Origin: Eledone cirrhosa
Taxonomy: Eukaryota
Direction: 5' to 3'
DNA: 64,000 nucleotides
Assembly (NCBI GenBank): GCA_964016885.1
Contig: OZ024760.1
Coordinates: 9,858,001 to 9,922,000 of the forward strand
The notes beneath the pieces are model-generated. The model was given only the letters and a program-made list of their open reading frames with translations. It was not told where the DNA came from and searched no databases. A program made the position numbers and the translations under genes. Positions 1 to 12,583 of the stretch are shown here, piece after piece. How positions within the stretch are numbered: the first letter of the stretch is position 1; every line of letters begins with the position of its first letter.

Positions 1-131
1 TTTACGATCTGAGTTCAAATCCCGCCGAGGTTAGCTTTGCCTTTCATCCTTACGGGGGTCGATGAAATAAAGTACCAGTAATGCACTGGGTAATTGCTGG
101 CCTTGTGCCTAAAGTAGAAACAATTATATAT

Positions 132-320
132 GGCGGTGGATTGGCAGTATCGGTAGAGGGTCGGACGCCATGCTTTGAAGCATAGAGTTACGTCCCTTTA
201 CGATCTGAGTTCAAATCCCGCCGAGGTTGACTTTGCCTTTCATCCTTACGGGGTCGATGAAATAAAGTACCAGTAATGCACTGGGTAATTGCTGAGCTTG
301 TGCCTAAAGTAGAAACAATT
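132..320 (+). mobile_element. tRNA-derived SINE, family A (full length); partial copies at 1-125 and 368-451
   Basis: Head with A-box-like TGGCAGTATCGG and B-box-like GAGTTCAAATCCC, then a conserved body GCCGAGGTTGACTTTGCCTTTCATCC...AAGTACCAG and 3' end GGCCTTGTGCCTAAAGTAGAAACAATT; recurs more than 10 times in the window. Confidence 0.85.
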
Positions 321-472
321 AATTAATATATAGTAATTTATACCTAGTTTATATTATATTATTTACATTTCATCCTTATGGGGTCGATAAAATAAAGTAC
401 CAGTTATACCCTGGGATAAATGCTGGCCTTGTGCCTAAAGTAGAAACAATTAATACATTTCTGACTTTTCAG

Positions 473-588
473 CCCTTACCCTTGTGGGTTTAGTTATGGC
501 TCTTCAACTTCGGAGTTCCGAATCCAGCCGAAGAGCCTGAGTCAGCACAAAAGGAGTCATGTAAAAATAGCTGATGCAGATTACGTTG
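473..588 (+). other. Candidate exon of an unidentified, possibly non-coding transcript
   Basis: Unique sequence between a pyrimidine-rich acceptor TTTCTGACTTTTCAG and a donor G|GTGAGT; one open frame (PYPCGFSYGSSTSEFRIQPK...) with no recognisable homology. Confidence 0.25.
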
Positions 589-849
589 GTGAGTCTGGCA
601 TAACAATCTGCCATCGATGTGGTAAAGTCTGTCAATCAGCAGGAGGCAAGAGGCAACACATGAAAGTACATGGCAACCAGCCATCGATTGTTGTTGTCAA
701 ACGCCATGTCTGTAACATCTGTGTCAGAGAATGTAGAACTCTTGTTGACCTGAAAGGTCATAGCCGAGGCCACACACGCGCAGAAAAGCGTTTGGAAATT
801 CACGCGATGCTTAGGTTATACTCGAGCCCGAAGTGGCTACCATCATGTA

Positions 850-951
850 ATATATATATATATATATATATATAGGTATGTATGTGTGTATATAAATATA
901 TATATATATATAGGTATGTATGTGTATATATATATATAGGTATGTATGTGT

Positions 952-998
<47 letters not shown>

Positions 999-1002
999 TA
1001 TG

Positions 1003-1056
<54 letters not shown>

Positions 1057-1060
1057 TATG

Positions 1061-1098
<38 letters not shown>

Positions 1099-1141
1099 TA
1101 TGTATGTGTATATATATATATATATATAGGTATGTATGTGT

Positions 1142-1182
<41 letters not shown>

Positions 1183-1250
1183 TATGTATGTGTGTATATA
1201 AATATATATATATATATAGGTATGTATGTGTATATATATATATAGGTATG

Positions 1251-1283
<33 letters not shown>

Positions 1284-1324
1284 GTATGTATGTGTGTATA
1301 TATATATATATATATAGGTATGTA

Positions 1325-1373
<49 letters not shown>

Positions 1374-1734
1374 TAGAGAGATTGAGAGAGAGAGAGAGAG
1401 AGAGAGAGTGAGAGAGAGAGAGAGAGAGAGAGATGTATATAATATATACCATAGAATGGTGTGTTTGACCACCCAGATCGTATGATGTACTTTATTATAT
1501 TATATAAAAGACTGTTGATATATTTGATCACTAACATTTCCACATCTTTGTAGATTTGTATCTTTGCGAAGTTTTCTCGCTCTCTAGTTTAGTTGCGGTT
1601 TTCTTTGATGCCTGCTTTGGGATATACTGATATATATATACACATGTATGTATATTATATATATATATGTGTATATGTATGTATGTATATATATATATTA
1701 CTCTTTTATATATATATATTTTATATTATATATT

Positions 1735-1770
<36 letters not shown>

Positions 1771-1812
1771 TTATATATATTTATATATATATGTATATAT
1801 ATGTATGTATAT

Positions 1813-1859
<47 letters not shown>

Positions 1860-1872
1860 ATGTATATATATG

Positions 1873-1911
<39 letters not shown>

Positions 1912-1931
1912 CATATATATATATATATGTA

Positions 1932-1979
<48 letters not shown>

Positions 1980-2136
1980 CATATATATATATATATGTAT
2001 GTATATATTATATATATATGTATATATATATATATTATACATATATTATATATATGTAGATATATACATATATATTATATTATATATATTATATATATAT
2101 ATACATATATATAATATATGTATATATATATATACA

Positions 2137-2169
<33 letters not shown>

Positions 2170-2175
2170 GATACA

Positions 2176-2216
<41 letters not shown>

Positions 2217-2294
2217 CATATATATAGATATATGTATTTATGTATTATCTATGTATGTATAATGAACAAATGGCTTTGTTCCGGTGTTACGAAT

Positions 2295-2325
<31 letters not shown>

Positions 2326-2340
2326 ACACACACACACACC
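850..2340. repeat. Compound microsatellite block: (TA)n with GGTATGTATGTG interruptions, (GA)n and (CA)n
   Basis: Read directly; source of the YI-repeat ORFs. Confidence 0.95.
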
Positions 2341-2464
2341 ATCTATATCTAATTGCATCAACCTACTAGCAAGAGGCGCCGAAAGTCTGTCCCCTATGTG
2401 TCCATACTAGATTTCTAAAGACAATACATTCGTTGATAAAACCTTAGTGTTGCTCTCCTTGTCG

Positions 2465-4845
2465 TTGTTACGATCGTTGTTGTTGTTGTTGTTGTTACGG
2501 TCGTTGGTGTTGTTGTTGTTACGGTCGTTGGTGTTGTTGTTGTTACGGTCGTTGGTGTTGTTGTTGTTGTTACGGTCGTTGGTGTTGTTTTGTTGTTGTT
2601 ACGGTCGTTGGTGTTGTTGTTGTTGTTGTTACGGTCGTTGGTGTTGTTGTTTTTGTTGTTACGGTCGTTGGTGTTGTTGTTGTTGTTACGGTCGTTGGTG
2701 TTGTTGTTGTTGTTGTTACGGTCGTTGGTGTTGTTGTTGTTGTTACGGTCGTTGGTGTTGTTGTTGTTACGGTCGTTGGTGTTGTTGTTACGGTCGTTGG
2801 TGATGTTGTTGTTACGGTCGTTGGTGTTGTTGTTGTTGTTGTTACGGTCGTTGGTGTTGTTGTTGTTGTTACGGTCGTTGGTGTTGTTGTTACGGTCGTT
2901 GGTGTTGTTGTTGTTGTTGTTGTTACGGTCGTTGGTGTTGTTGTTGTTGTTGTTGTTACGGTCGTTGGTGTCGGTGTTGTTGTTGTTACGGTCGTTGGTG
3001 TTGTTGTTGTTGTTGTTGTTACGGTCGTTGGTGTTGTTGTTGTTGTTGTTACGGTCGTTGGTGTTGTTGTTGTTGTTACGGTCGTTGGTGTTGTTGTTGT
3101 TACGGTCGTTGGTGTTGTTGTTGTTGTTGTTACGGTCGTTGGTGTTGTTGTTACGGTCGTTGGTGTTGTTGTTGTTACGGTCGTTGGTGGTGTTGTTGTT
3201 GTTGTTACGGTCGTTGGTGTTGTTGTTGTTGTTACGGTCGTTGGTGTTGTTGTTGTTGTTGTTACGGTCGTTGGTGTTGTTGTTACGGTCGTTGGTGTTG
3301 TTGTTGTTGTTACGGTCGTTGGTGTTGTTGTTGTTACGGTCGTTGGTGTTGTTTTGTTGTTGTTACGGTCGTTGGTGTTGTTGTTGTTGTTACGGTCGTT
3401 GGTGTTGTTGTTGTTGTTACGGTCGTTGGTGTTGTTGTTGTTGTTACGGTCGTTGGTGTTGTTGTTGTTACGGTCGTTGGTGTTGTTTTGTTGTTGTTAC
3501 GGTCGTTGGTGTTGTTGTTGTTGTTACGGTCGTTGGTGTTGTTGTTACGGTCGTTGGTGTTGTTTTGTTGTTGTTACGGTCGTTGGTGTTGTTGTTGTTG
3601 TTACGGTCGTTGGTGTTGTTGTTGTTGTTACGGTCGTTGGTGTTGTTGTTGTTGTTACGGTCGTTGGTGTTGTTGTTGTTACGGTCGTTGGTGTTGTTTT
3701 GTTGTTGTTACGGTCGTTGGTGTTGTTGTTGTTACGGTCGTTGGTGTTGTTGTTACGGTCGTTGGTGTTGTTTTGTTGTTGTTACGGTCGTTGGTGTTGT
3801 TTTGTTGTTACGGTCGTTGGTGTTGTTGTTGTTGTTGTTACGGTCGTTGGTGTTGTTGTTGTTGTTGTTACGGTCGTTGGTGTTGTTGTTGTTGTTACGG
3901 TCGTTGGTGTTGTTGTTGTTGTTACGGTCGTTGGTGTTGTTGTTGTTACGGTCGTTGGTGTTGTTGTTGTTGTTACGGTCGTTGGTGTTGTTGTTGTTGT
4001 TACGGTCGTTGGTGTTGTTGTTGTTGTTGTTACGGTCGTTGGTGTTGTTGTTGTTACGGTCGTTGGTGTTGTTGTTGTTACGGTCGTTGGTGTTGTTGTT
4101 GTTACGGTCGTTGGTGTTGTTGTTGTTACGGTCGTTGGTGTTGTTGTTGTTACGGTCGTTGGTGTTGTTGTTGTTACGGTCGTTGGTGTTGTTGTTGTTA
4201 CGGTCGTTGGTGTTGTTGTTGTTACGGTCGTTGGTGTTGTTTTGTTGTTGTTACGGTCGTTGGTGTTGTTGTTGTTACGGTCGTTGGTGTTGTTGTTGTT
4301 GTTACGGTCGTTGGTGTTGTTGTTGTTGTTACGGTCGTTGGTGTTGTTGTTGTTGTTGTTACGGTCGTTGGTGTTGTTGTTACGGTCGTTGGTGTTGTTG
4401 TTGTTGTTACGGTCGTTGGTGTTGTTGTTACGGTCGTTGGTGTTGTTGTTGCTGCTGTGGTCGTCGTTGTTATTGTTGCTGTTGTTGTTACGGTGGTCGT
4501 TGCTGTTGTTACAGTTGTTACGGTCGTTGGTGTTGTTGTTGCTGTGGTCGTCGTTGTTGTTGTTGCTGTTGTTGTTACGATCGTTGGTGTTGTTGTTGTT
4601 ACGGTCGTTGGTGTTGTTGTTGTTACGGTCGTTGGTGTTGTTGCTGTGGTCGTTGTTGTTGTTACAGTTGTTACAGTCGTTGGTGTTGTTGTTGTTACGG
4701 TCGTTGGTGTTGTTGTTACGGTCGTTGGTGTTGTTGTTGCTGTGGTCGTTGCTGTTGTTACAGCTGTTACGGTCGTTGCTGTTGTTGTCGTTGTTGCGGT
4801 CTTTGTGTTGTTGCTGTTGTAGTTGTTGTTGTAGTTGTTGTTGTA
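2465..4845. repeat. Minisatellite ACGGTCGTTGGT(GTT)n with variable unit length
   Basis: Read directly; degenerates toward the right end; source of the RSLVLLL and YGRWCCC ORFs. Confidence 0.95.
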
Positions 4846-4849
4846 ATTC

Positions 4850-4905
<56 letters not shown>

Positions 4906-4976
4906 TATAGTTGGATATATTGGTATTTCATGATATATATATACATATATATACACACACACATATATATATATAT

Positions 4977-5162
4977 ATAACGAAGGAAATGTGGTAAGGA
5001 ACCAGGTGGACCATAACGCACCAAAGTACTCAATACTTAGGGTAGTAGAGTGGGTAATAGGAACGAGTAGGACCCCGACGGCTGAGCTCAAGCCGTTTCG
5101 ACGGCTAATTCCAGAATTAGCCGTCGAAACGGCTTGAGCTCATCCGTCGGGTCCTACTCGTT

Positions 5163-5165
<3 letters not shown>
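4977..5165 (-). mobile_element. Foldback element family B (Penelope pseudo-LTR-like): palindrome plus unique tail, in (TA)n
   Basis: Near-perfect palindrome 5058-5165 centred on AATT-CCAG-AATT; related copies at 21781-21840, 28831-28996, 32500-32606, 51912-52106, 52400-52620, 57088-57138, 57834-58015. Confidence 0.7.
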
Positions 5166-5213
<48 letters not shown>

Positions 5214-5502
5214 ACACACAATGTACACTGTAGTTGGGTAAATTGGTATTAGATAAGAAAGCATGTTCCATGGGAAACCCAGGAGATAAGACGAAAGAGA
5301 CAAACTGTTATAGAAGCTGCCGAATTAAAATAGTTACAAGAAGCAATAGAAAACGTGTGATACATATCTTGTGGTTGAAAAAGGGTTTATTCAGCAAAAT
5401 ATCAACTTAGTTCAGTCGTGAATTAAAATTAACCAGTCTGCAGCTAATATTACATGGAATATGGGCAGAAAAGAATTCAACCAAATCAAAATATATATAT
5501 AT

Positions 5503-5672
5503 AATTGTTTCTACTTTAGGCACAAGGCCAGCAACTACCCAGTGCATTACTGGTACTTTATTTTATCGACCCCGTAAGGATGAAAGGCAAAGTCAACCTC
5601 GGCGGGATTTGAACTCAGATCGTAAAGGGACGTAACTATGCTGGAAAGCATGGCCTCCGGCCCTCTACCGAT
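5503..5672 (-). mobile_element. SINE family A copy
   Basis: Reverse complement of the 132-320 element, slightly 5'-truncated. Confidence 0.85.
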
Positions 5673-5709
5673 ATATATATAATGTACACTATAATTGGAT
5701 ATATTGGTA

Positions 5710-6335
5710 TGTGATATTTCATGTAATTGGGTATATTGGTTTTATATTTGATATATACACTATAGTTGTGTATGTTGGTTTTATATTTGATATATACACA
5801 ATATACACTAGAGTTGTGTATATTAGTTTTATATTTGATATATACACAATATACACTATAATTGTGTATACTGGTTTTATATTTGATATATACACAATAT
5901 ACACTATAGTTGTGTATGTTGGTTTTATATTTGATATATACACAATATACACTATAGTTGTGTATATTAGTTTTATATTTGATATATACACAATATACAC
6001 TATAATTGTGTATACTGGTTTTATATTTGATATATACACAATATACACTATAGTTGTGTATGTTGGTTTTATATTTGATATATACACAATATACACTATA
6101 ATTGTGTATACTGGTTTTATATTTGATATATACACAATATACACTATAGTTGTGTATGTTGGTTTTATATTTGATATATACACAATATACACTATAATTG
6201 TGTATATTAGTTTTATATTTGATATATACACAATATACACTATAATTGTGTATATTAGTTTTATATTTGATATATACACAATATACACTATAGTTGTGTA
6301 TGTTGGTTTTATATTTGATATATACACAATATACA
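5710..6335. repeat. 48-bp tandem repeat, about 12-13 copies
   Basis: Unit TATACACTATAGTTGTGTATGTTGGTTTTATATTTGATATATACACAA; period confirmed at 5781 and 5829. Confidence 0.95.
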
Positions 6336-6514
6336 TTACTCTCTTCTAGATTTGATTCTCTCCCAATTTCTCCTTTCATTAAAATTCTTCCCCTGGGAAC
6401 CTATTGCCTCGCGTCTGAGAATCTTTGTTATAGAGAAAGCTTCAGTGTCCTGGAGGTTAGCACTAGTGATTGAAATCAGCTGTAGAAGTAGGAGTGTGAG
6501 GGAGAGGGGGAGTG

Positions 6515-9500
6515 AGAAAGAGAGATAGCTGTTCCAAGATCTCTCCTCTCCTAATACCAGTAAGAGGAGGAGGTTAAGAAAGAGAGGGAGCTGTTCCAAG
6601 ATCTCTCCTCTCCTAATACCAGTAAGAGAGGGAGGTTAAGAAAGAGAGATAACTGTTCCAAGATCTCTCCTCTCCTAATACCAGTAAGAGAGGGAGGTTA
6701 AGAAAGAGAGATAGCTGTTCCAAGATCTCTCCTCTCCTAATACCAGTAAGAGGGGGAGGTTAAGAAAGAGAGATAACTGTTCCAAGATCTCTCCTCTCCT
6801 AATACCAGTAAGAGAGGGAGGTTAAGAAAGAGAGATAGCTGTTCCAAGATCTCTCCTCTCCTAATACCAGTAAGAGAGGGAGGTTAAGAAAGAGAGATAG
6901 CTGTTCCAAGATCTCTCCTCTCCTAATACCAGTAAGAGGGGGAGGTTAAGAAAGAGAGATAGCTGTTCCAAGATCTCTCCTCTCCTAATACCAGTAAGAG
7001 GGGGAGGTTAAGAAAGAGAGATAGCTGTTCCAAGATCTCTCCTCTCCTAATACCAGTAAGAGGGGGAGGTTAAGAAAGAGAGATAGCTGTTCCAAGATCT
7101 CTCCTCTCCTAATACCAGTAAGAGGGGGAGGTTAAGAAAGAGAGATAACTGTTCCAAGATCTCTCCTCTCCTAATACCAGTAAGAGAGGGAGGTTAAGAA
7201 AGAGAGATAGCTGTTCCAAGATCTCTCCTCTCCTAATACCAGTAAGAGAGGGAGGTTAAGAAAGAGAGAGAGCTGTTCCAAGATCTCTCCTCTCCTAATA
7301 CCAGTAAGAGAGGGAGGTTAAGAAAGAGAGATAACTGTTCCAAGATCTCTCCTCTCCTAATACCAGTAAGAGAGGGAGGTTAAGAAAGAGAGATAACTGT
7401 TCCAAGATCTCTCCTCTCCTAATACCAGTAAGAGGGGGAGGTTAAGAAAGAGAGATAGCTGTTCCAAGATCTCTCCTCTTCTAATACCAGTAAGAGAGGG
7501 AGGTTAAGAAAGAGAGAGAGAGCTGTTCCAAGATCTCTCCTCTCCTAATACCAGTAAGAGAGGGAGGTTAAGAAAGAGAGATAACTGTTCCAAGATCTCT
7601 CCTCTTCTAATACCAGTAAGAGAGGGAGGTTAAGAAAGAGAGAGAGCTGTTCCAAGATCTCTCCTCTCCTAATACCAGTAAGAGAGGGAGGTTAAGAAAG
7701 AGAGATAACTGTTCCAAGATCTCTCCTCTCCTAATACCAGTAAGAGAGGGAGGTTAAGAAAGAGAGATAACTGTTCCAAGATCTCTCCTCTCCTAATACC
7801 AGTAAGAGAGGGAGGTTAAGAAAGAGAGATAGCTGTTCCAAGATCTCTCCTCTTCTAATACCAGTAAGAGAGGGAGGTTAAGAAAGAGAGATAACTGTTC
7901 CAAGATCTCTCCTCTCCTAATACCAGTAAGAGGGGGAGGTTAAGAAAGAGAGATAGCTGTTCCAAGATCTCTCCTCTTCTAATACCAGTAAGAGAGGGAG
8001 GTTAAGAAAGAGAGAGAGCTGTTCCAAGATCTCTCCTCTCCTAATACCAGTAAGAGAGGGAGGTTAAGAAAGAGAGAGAGCTGTTCCAAGATCTCTCCTC
8101 TCCTAATACCAGTAAGAGAGGGAGGTTAAGAAAGAGAGATAACTGTTCCAAGATCTCTCCTCTTCTAATACCAGTAAGAGAGGGAGGTGAAGAAAGAGAG
8201 AGAGCTGTTCCAAGATCTCTCCTCTCCTAATACCAGTAAGAGGGGGAGGTTAAGAAAGAGAGATAACTGTTCCAAGATCTCTCCTCTTCTAATACCAGTA
8301 AGAGAGGGAGGTTAAGAAAGAGAGAGAGCTGTTCCAAGATCTCTCCTCTCCTAATACCAGTAAGAGAGGGAGGTTAAGAAAGAGAGATAACTGTTCCAAG
8401 ATCTCTCCTCTTCTAATACCAGTAAGAGAGGGAGGTTAAGAAAGAGAGAGAGCTGTTCCAAGATCTCTCCTCTCCTAATACCAGTAAGAGAGGGAGGTTA
8501 AGAAAGAGAGATAACTGTTCCAAGATCTCTCCTCTCCTAATACCAGTAAGAGAGGGAGGTTAAGAAAGAGAGATAACTGTTCCAAGATCTCTCCTCTCCT
8601 AATACCAGTAAGAGGGGGAGGTTAAGAAAGAGAGATAGCTGTTCCAAGATCTCTCCTCTTCTAATACCAGTAAGAGAGGGAGGTTAAGAAAGAGAGAGAG
8701 CTGTTCCAAGATCTCTCCTCTCCTAATACCAGTAAGAGAGGGAGGTTAAGAAAGAGAGATAACTGTTCCAAGATCTCTCCTCTTCTAATACCAGTAAGAG
8801 AGGGAGGTTAAGAAAGAGAGAGAGCTGTTCCAAGATCTCTCCTCTCCTAATACCAGTAAGAGGGGGAGGTTAAGAAAGAGAGATAACTGTTCCAAGATCT
8901 CTCCTCTTCTAATACCAGTAAGAGAGGGAGGTTAAGAAAGAGAGAGAGCTGTTCCAAGATCTCTCCTCTCCTAATACCAGTAAGAGAGGGAGGTTAAGAA
9001 AGAGAGATAACTGTTCCAAGATCTCTCCTCTCCTAATACCAGTAAGAGAGGGAGGTTAAGAAAGAGAGATAACTGTTCCAAGATCTCTCCTCTCCTAATA
9101 CCAGTAAGAGGGGGAGGTTAAGAAAGAGAGATAGCTGTTCCAAGATCTCTCCTCTCCTAATACCAGTAAGAGGGGGAGGTTAAGAAAGAGAGATAACTGT
9201 TCCAAGATCTCTCCTCTCCTAATACCAGTAAGAGGGGGAGGTTAAGAAAGAGAGATAGCTGTTCCAAGATCTCTCCTCTCCTAATACCAGTAAGAGAGGG
9301 AGGTTAAGAAAGAGAGATAGCTGTTCCAAGATCTCTCCTCTCCTAATACCAGTAAGAGAGGCAGGTTAAGAAAGAGAGATAGCTGTTCCAAGATCTCTCC
9401 TCTCCTAATACCAGTAAGAGAGGCAGGTTAAGAAAGAGAGATAGCTGTTCCAAGATCTCTCCTCTCCTAATACCAGTAAGAGAGGCAGGTTAAGAAAGAG

Positions 9501-9550
9501 AGATAGCTGTTCCAAGATCTCTCCTCTCCTAATACCAGTAAGAGAGGGAG
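6515..9550. repeat. 62-bp tandem repeat, about 49 copies
   Basis: Unit AGCTGTTCCAAGATCTCTCCTCTCCTAATACCAGTAAGAGAGGGAGGTTAAGAAAGAGAGAT; period confirmed at 6651 and 6713. Confidence 0.97.
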
Positions 9551-9827
9551 ACCGGAGAGGCTGAGAACGAGATATTGCCGTTCCAAGATCTCCCCTCGTC
9601 ATACCAGAATGACACCTTGTTTAAACAGTTTCAGTCATTAAAGTGTGACCATGCTAGGACAGCGCCATATGCTGGTGTCTATTTGTAGAAACCTGAAATT
9701 ACTTTCAGAAGAAAGTGGCCTGGGTTTCTCACAACCACTGTTTTAGAAGCAACTGGTCTGGGACTCTCACAACCAATGACTGAGAAGCGCGTGGTTTGGG
9801 ACTCTCACAAGCATTGTCTTGGAAGAA

Positions 9828-10388
9828 TGTGGTAGTGGTGCTGGTGGTAATGGTGATGGTGGTGGTAGTGATGGTGGTAGTGGTGGTGGTGGTGATAGTG
9901 GTGGTGGTAATGGTGGTAGTGGTGGTGGTAGTGGTAGTGGGGGTGATAGTGGTGGTGGTAATGGTAGTAATAGTGGTGGTAGGTGTAGTGGTAGTATTGG
10001 TGGTGGTAGTGGTAGCAGTGGTGCTGGTGGTAGTGTTGGTGGTAGTGGTTGTAGTGGTAGTGGTGGTGGTGGTGGTAGGGTTGGTAATGGTAGTAGTAGT
10101 GGTGGTAGTGGTGGTGGTAGTGGTGGTGGTAGTAGTAGTGCTGATGGTGGTATTTGTGGTAGTAGTGGTGGTAGTGGTGGAGTGGTGGTAGTGGTGGTGT
10201 GGTGGTAGTGGTAGTGGTAGTAGTAGTAGTGGTAGTGGTGGTAGTAGTAATAGTAGTGGTGGTGATAGTGGTAGTAGTAGTGGTAGTAGTGGTGGTGGTG
10301 GTGGTAGTAGTAGTAGTAGTAGTGGTAGTAGTGGTGGTGGTAGTAGTAGTAGTGGTAGTGGTGGTGGCAGTAGTGGTGGTGGTGGTAA
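9828..10388. repeat. (GGT/AGT)n trinucleotide low-complexity tract
   Basis: Read directly. Confidence 0.95.
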
Positions 10389-10672
10389 CTGATTATACAA
10401 CACTGCAACACTCCCTCCCCACCTACACACCCTGAAGTTCTGAAATACACGGATTTGATTGATCAATTGATCAGGTATCGATATATTTCACGCCGATTAA
10501 TCCGATTATCTGAGATCGAAAGTATGACCCGGATCGATCTGAGCTGCTGATCTGAGCTTTATTGATATTGAGGCATAGATTGGTATTGATGATCTGTGTA
10601 GTAAGTAGCTAGTTGTTAACGGAGGGGGGGAGTTTATAATGATCAAATGATGTAATAGCTGCTTACACACAC

Positions 10673-10703
<31 letters not shown>

Positions 10704-10985
10704 TATCCGCACACATACTCACATATATATATATATATGTATATATGTGTACACATATATTGTTATTGTGTAGTGGGGGTGATGATCTGTGTAGTAAATA
10801 GCCAGTTGATAACGGTGTGTGTGTGTGGGGGGGGGGTTATAATTAATAGATGATGGAACAGCAACTCACACACAGACGCAACCCCCCCCCCTAACACACA
10901 CACACGCATATACATATGTACGTATATATATACATACATAAATATGCACACACACACACTCACACACATACATGCATATATAAGT

Positions 10986-11044
<59 letters not shown>

Positions 11045-11123
11045 CACACTCACACACACGCACATATATATATACACATAAATATACACATATGTATATG
11101 CATAAATACACACACACACTCAC

Positions 11124-11161
<38 letters not shown>

Positions 11162-11471
11162 GGTGTTGTTGGTTGTGGTTATGTATGTGTATGCCATTTG
11201 ACTGTGGTATGCAAGTCACAATGTGCGTCTGTCTGTCTGTATGTATGTATGTATGTTTTCTCTTTCTCTTAATTTCGAGTATATTTTTTTGACCGGCCAC
11301 CTTCCTGGTGGCAAGGTTGTAAAAGAAAAGAAATTGTCATCCCTTGAATCGCTTGTATGTATGTATGTATGTATGTATGTATGTATGTATGTATGTTTGT
11401 TTGTTTGCATGCATGCATGCATGCATGCATGCATGCATACATACATACATACATACATACATACATACATA

Positions 11472-11884
11472 CGGGGAGAGATGACCCCTTAGCCTTTGTC
11501 AAGGCAGAATTCTAGGAGAAGGAAAACTCTGATATAACACCTGTAACCCTGATGGTATCCAATGATGTTGACTTGTTCTTCTTTTTGGTAAATATCATCT
11601 TGGTTAAGAGAGTGGGACTGGCTTTGTGCAGTGCCTTTGCTCACTATAGAAGCTTCACGGCACAGGCATTGCTTTATATCTGGAGATCTCTCTGCACTTG
11701 TCGTCACATGGTACCATGGGCCCAGCACTATGTGTCAATAATTGTCACAAGTGTAGTGTTTGTACCAGAGTTTTCAAGTCACTGGCTGGACTAAAAAGTC
11801 ACACTCGTTCAGCGCATCGGTAGGGGTTCTCCTACATGGATATAAAGTAGTGGCCGTACTCGAAAACTAGTTGGCAGCCACCAT
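11472..11884 (+). mobile_element. Non-autonomous bipartite RTE-derived retroposon, 5'-truncated, with (ATGT)n tail
   Basis: RTE 5'UTR-like motif CTAGGAGAAGGAAAACTCTGA at about 11512; the 3' part reads CSVCTRVFKSLAGLKSHTRSAHR* (11752-11823), a C2H2 finger typical of RTE ORF C-termini; four more near-identical copies in the window. Confidence 0.75.
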
Positions 11885-12472
11885 GTATGTATGTATGTAT
11901 GTATGTATGTATGTATGTATGTATGTATGTATGCCTGTATGTATGTATGCCTGTCTGTCTGCCTGTATGTATGTATGCCTGTATGCCTGTATGTATGTAT
12001 GCCTGTATGCCTGTCTGTTTGTATGTATGTATGTATGCCTGTCTGTATGTACTCTGCCTGTAAGTATGCCTGTATGCCTGTCTGTCTGTCTGTATGTATG
12101 TATGTACGTCTATCTGTATGTATGTATGTATGTATGTATGTATGTATGTATGTATGTATGTATGCCTGTGTGTTTGTATGTATGTATGTATGTATGTATG
12201 TACGTCTGCCTGTATGTATGTATGCCTGTATGCCTGTGTCTGTTTGTATGTATGTAGGTATACAAGCGGGTATGAAGGTTGGTAAGTATGTAGGTGGGTT
12301 GGTAGCTACGTAAGCAGGTAGGTAGATAAGTAGGAAAATAGTTGGGTCGAAAGCTAGGTAAATAGGTCTTGCCTACCTGACCATCTTCCCTTCTCATATA
12401 TGTCCTAACATCCTGATGCTGATTCGGTTGGATGAAGGTTGCCTCAGCTTCATATAGCACATAAACATGCCA

Positions 12473-12583
12473 GTTTCGACTTCTTCATCAAATGCATAAT
12501 TTACATGCATTTTCACAGTTTAGGTAAGGACTTGCATTTCCTAGGATTTTCCATTTGATGAAGAAGTCGAAACGTGCTTAAAT
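12473..12583. repeat. 22-bp inverted repeat containing a weak HHR-like core TTGATGA-AGAAGTC-GAAAC
   Basis: 12473-12494 is the reverse complement of 12552-12573; stem II is minimal and C3 is U. Confidence 0.3.

Noticed and set aside
132-220. SINE heads as tRNA genes
   Set aside because: A and B boxes are present but there is no complete cloverleaf and the sequence continues into a repeated SINE body
2447-4980. Long ORFs (796, 518 and 444 aa) rich in Leu, Val or Cys
   Set aside because: All three frames are open only because the (GTT)n minisatellite lacks stop codons; frames swap at slippage points
6515-9550. Regular arrays (also 54781-55838 and 62468-63363) as CRISPR-like loci
   Set aside because: Units are head-to-tail with no unique spacers, no cas genes are present and the context is eukaryotic
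11752-11823. C2H2 zinc-finger frame as an exon of a host zinc-finger gene
   Set aside because: It is a single finger without a TGEKP linker at the 3' end of a five-copy retroposon, which fits an RTE C-terminus
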